Positions 61,627 through 64,000 of a stretch of DNA of 64,000 nt are shown here, piece by piece. The notes under the pieces are model-generated. The model had not been told where the DNA came from. It ran no database searches and saw nothing but the letters and a program-made list of their open reading frames with translations. Each line of letters begins with the position of its first letter. Positions within the stretch are counted from its first letter, which is position 1. The DNA is from Nitrospirota bacterium (GTDB lineage Bacteria; Nitrospirota; Thermodesulfovibrionia; Thermodesulfovibrionales; UBA9159), in NCBI GenBank assembly GCA_963699545.1, contig CAVOUE010000005.1, positions 384,001 to 448,000 on the forward strand. The letters are read 5' to 3'. The position numbers were made by a program, and so were the translations under genes.

Positions 61627-62865
61627 TTATTTGTACCCGATCTTTTCCAGTATTCCTTCAAAGGATGCGAGATTCGGCTTGATATAATGGGGCGACGCAG
61701 TATGTCCGTTCAACGCCTCCTGCGTCTTCAGTCCATTGCCCGTGATGCACAACACCGTTGTCTCGTCCCTTTGTATCTTTCCCGCCTCGATCAGCCTCTT
61801 CGCGCATGCCAGGGTAACTCCGCCTGCGGTCTCCGCAAAGATACCTTCCGTCCTCGCAAGCATCTTTATTCCCTCGATGATCTCATCATCCGAAACGTCT
61901 TCCCCATACCCTCCCGTTTCCTTCACTACCTGGATCGCATAGAACCCGTCCGCAGGGTTGCCGATGGCAAGGGATTTAGCGATGGTATTAGGCTTCACCG
62001 GCCTTATCACATCAGTCTGCTGTTTTATGGCAGCGGATATAGGCGAGCAGCCCGTCGCCTGTGCGGCAAAGACCTTTGTTTCCAGCTCCTTCAGTATCCC
62101 GATCTTCTTGAACTCCTTGAATGACTTCCAGACCTTTGTAAGGAGGGAGCCGCTGGCACATGGCACTACCACGTTGTCAGGCGCCTTCCATCCCAACTGC
62201 TCGATGATCTCGAACCCCTGGGTCTTTGAACCCTCCGCATAGAACGGCCTTATATTGATATTCACGAATGCCCACTTGTATTTATTTGCGATCTCGCTGC
62301 AAAGCCTGTTCACCTCGTCATAGTTCCCGTCAACAGCGACAAGGTTAGGCTCATAAACGAGAGACGCCACGATCTTGCTCGGCTCCAGGCTGGCAGGGAT
62401 AAAGACAAACCTCTTGAACCCCGCCTTTGCGCCGTGGGCTGACACCGAATGGGCAAGGTTGCCGGTGGACGCACAGGCCACCGTATCAAAACCGAACTCC
62501 CTGGCCTTCGTGAGGGCAACGGCAACAACCCTGTCCTTAAAGGAGAGGGTGGGATGCGCCACGGTATCGTCCTTCACGTACAGGTCCTTCACCCCCAGTT
62601 CTTTTGCAAGGTTATCGGCCCTGATAAGGGGGGTGAACCCGGATTGCAGCCCCACCTGTGGCTCACCGTCTATGGGGAGGAGTTCCCTGTAACGCCAGAG
62701 ATTCTCTTCTCTTTTTTCTATATTTCTCCGCGTCAATACCTTCTTGATCTGTTTATAGTCATAGACCACTTCAAGGGGTCCGAAACAGAATTCACAGACA
62801 TATATGGGATCAACAGGATATTCCCTGCCGCACTCTCTGCACTTAAGCCCGCTCACATACCCCAT
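61627..62865 (-). CDS. Threonine-synthase-like PLP enzyme with N-terminal Zn ribbon (second paralog)
   Basis: CRECG...CEFC, PTLSFKDR, CASTGNLA, PCASGSL, FAETAGG, ITGNGLK. Confidence 0.9.
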   Translation of the reverse strand: MGYVSGLKCRECGREYPVDPIYVCEFCFGPLEVVYDYKQIKKVLTRRNIEKREENLWRYRELLPIDGEPQVGLQSGFTPLIRADNLAKELGVKDLYVKDDTVAHPTLSFKDRVVAVALTKAREFGFDTVACASTGNLAHSVSAHGAKAGFKRFVFIPASLEPSKIVASLVYEPNLVAVDGNYDEVNRLCSEIANKYKWAFVNINIRPFYAEGSKTQGFEIIEQLGWKAPDNVVVPCASGSLLTKVWKSFKEFKKIGILKELETKVFAAQATGCSPISAAIKQQTDVIRPVKPNTIAKSLAIGNPADGFYAIQVVKETGGYGEDVSDDEIIEGIKMLARTEGIFAETAGGVTLACAKRLIEAGKIQRDETTVLCITGNGLKTQEALNGHTASPHYIKPNLASFEGILEKIGYK

Positions 62866-63023
62866 ATGCACCTCCCGCTTTGCTCATTGTCAAGTGTTTT
62901 TTCGGAATCCTTTTTGAAAAGAAAATATATTTTACTCCAAATCGGAATAAAATAAAACAGGAACTACTGCAGGATTTCAAAATCAAGACAGTGACCCCAT
63001 GGCAAAACCACGGGAGGAAAGAG

Positions 63024-63432
63024 TTAGGACAGCTCCTTTGAGAGAATCTCAACCTCCCTGATCTCTCCCTCCCTGATCGAGAAGGCCTTCACCTCCGGAG
63101 CTTTTCCTGCCAAGCCCGCAATCACATACACCGCGTCCTCGTAAAAGGCGAGGCTCACGTCCTTTGGGGACGGATATGCTGAAGAAGACGGGTGGGAATG
63201 ATAGATTGCTACCATCGAGAGATCGCTCTCTCATATCTCTGATGACGTCAATGTGTTCTTTTGAGTCCAACAGGTAGCTTACTGGTGATTTCTCGATATT
63301 AGACAGCTTATATATTTTGGAGACTTCATTTCCTTTTCCCGCAAGGATGCCGCACGCCTCGTTGGGATAACCTTCCCTGCAATGGACAAGCATTCCGTCA
63401 AAGATAGATTGAGGGATTATTAACTGGCTCAT
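63024..63432 (-). CDS. JAMM/Mov34 (M67, Mec+-like) metallopeptidase; apparent frameshift near 63217
   Basis: YPNEACGIL in one frame; IYHSHPSSSAYPSPKD (HxH...S..D) in the next. Confidence 0.88.
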
Positions 63433-63749
63433 GTCTGTATAACTTTGCAATAGGGCATGGCAAGGTTGGCTTGAAGCAAGATTGTCTGGGTCCTCCAAGG
63501 GGCAGGTAACGCCCTGCCCCTTACGTATAAAAAAGCAATTGCCTGCAAATCAATTTTTGCTTTTGCACTTGAATGAACGACTAAGTGAAGAACCATGCAG
63601 CAAACTGCAGGGTTCTTAATGCAATGAATCACCTCTTTATTATATTCGCTCGCTAACCCCGCAGCAAGCTACGGGGAATGCGCTCGCTGTCCATTTCAAT
63701 CTTGCTGAGAGACGGCCTTACCATGCTGGAGAACAATCATACAGTTCAA

Positions 63750-64000
63750 TTACATCCGGCAGTACCCGGCCTCATAATCCTGCAGTTCCGTGATGGACGG
63801 ATGCTGTCCGCACACAGGGCATTCGGGGTTCTTGGGCACCTTCACCCGCCGGAACGTCGTTTTCAGCGCGTCATAGATGAGGAGCATGTTCGTCAGGGCA
63901 TCCCCTTTCCCGAGTATGAGCTTGATGACCTCAATGGCCTGAAGCGAGCCTACCACCCCGGGTATGGCGCCGATCACCCCGGCCTCCTGGCAGGAAGGGA
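63750..64000 (-). CDS. MoeB/ThiF-family adenylyltransferase, C-terminal part (runs off the window end)
   Basis: PSCQEAGVIGAIPGVVGSLQAIEVIK...YDAL...NPECPVCG. Confidence 0.92.
   Translation of the reverse strand, partial: PSCQEAGVIGAIPGVVGSLQAIEVIKLILGKGDALTNMLLIYDALKTTFRRVKVPKNPECPVCGQHPSITELQDYEAGYCRM

Overview
Bacterial chromosomal segment. Gene order and protein style suggest Nitrospirota (Thermodesulfovibrionia-like) or a related anaerobe; this is inference only. Most of the window is housekeeping: secA, mlaEFD, ffh-rpsP-khpA-trmD-rplS-rnhB, addAB-like, thrS-infC-rpmI-rplT-pheST, lysC-cimA-ilvC-psd, pssA-leuA, aroF, and a moeB-JAMM-thrC-like-sulfur carrier-NIL-thrC-apgM cluster. A 10,502-bp integrative element sits in tRNA-Val(GAC), bounded by a 55-bp direct repeat. 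It carries a tyrosine integrase, a split replication-initiator-like region, a TPR-less glycosyltransferase and several orphans, with no recognisable capsid, terminase or relaxase. Signals the ORF track misses: (1) an ArsM-like methyltransferase with an in-frame UGA and SECIS-like hairpin (probable selenoprotein); (2) a bacterial protein with the motifs of eukaryotic phosphohistidine phosphatase PHPT1; (3) a fluoride riboswitch driving a cation:proton antiporter plus a HAD protein rather than Fluc/CLC-F; (4) a Tyr/Phe-containing leader-peptide attenuator before aroF; (5) a sigma54 promoter before two Gly-rich membrane microproteins. About 11 single-base frameshifts in conserved genes suggest an indel-prone assembly. 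All family assignments are from motif recognition by eye; no searches were run.
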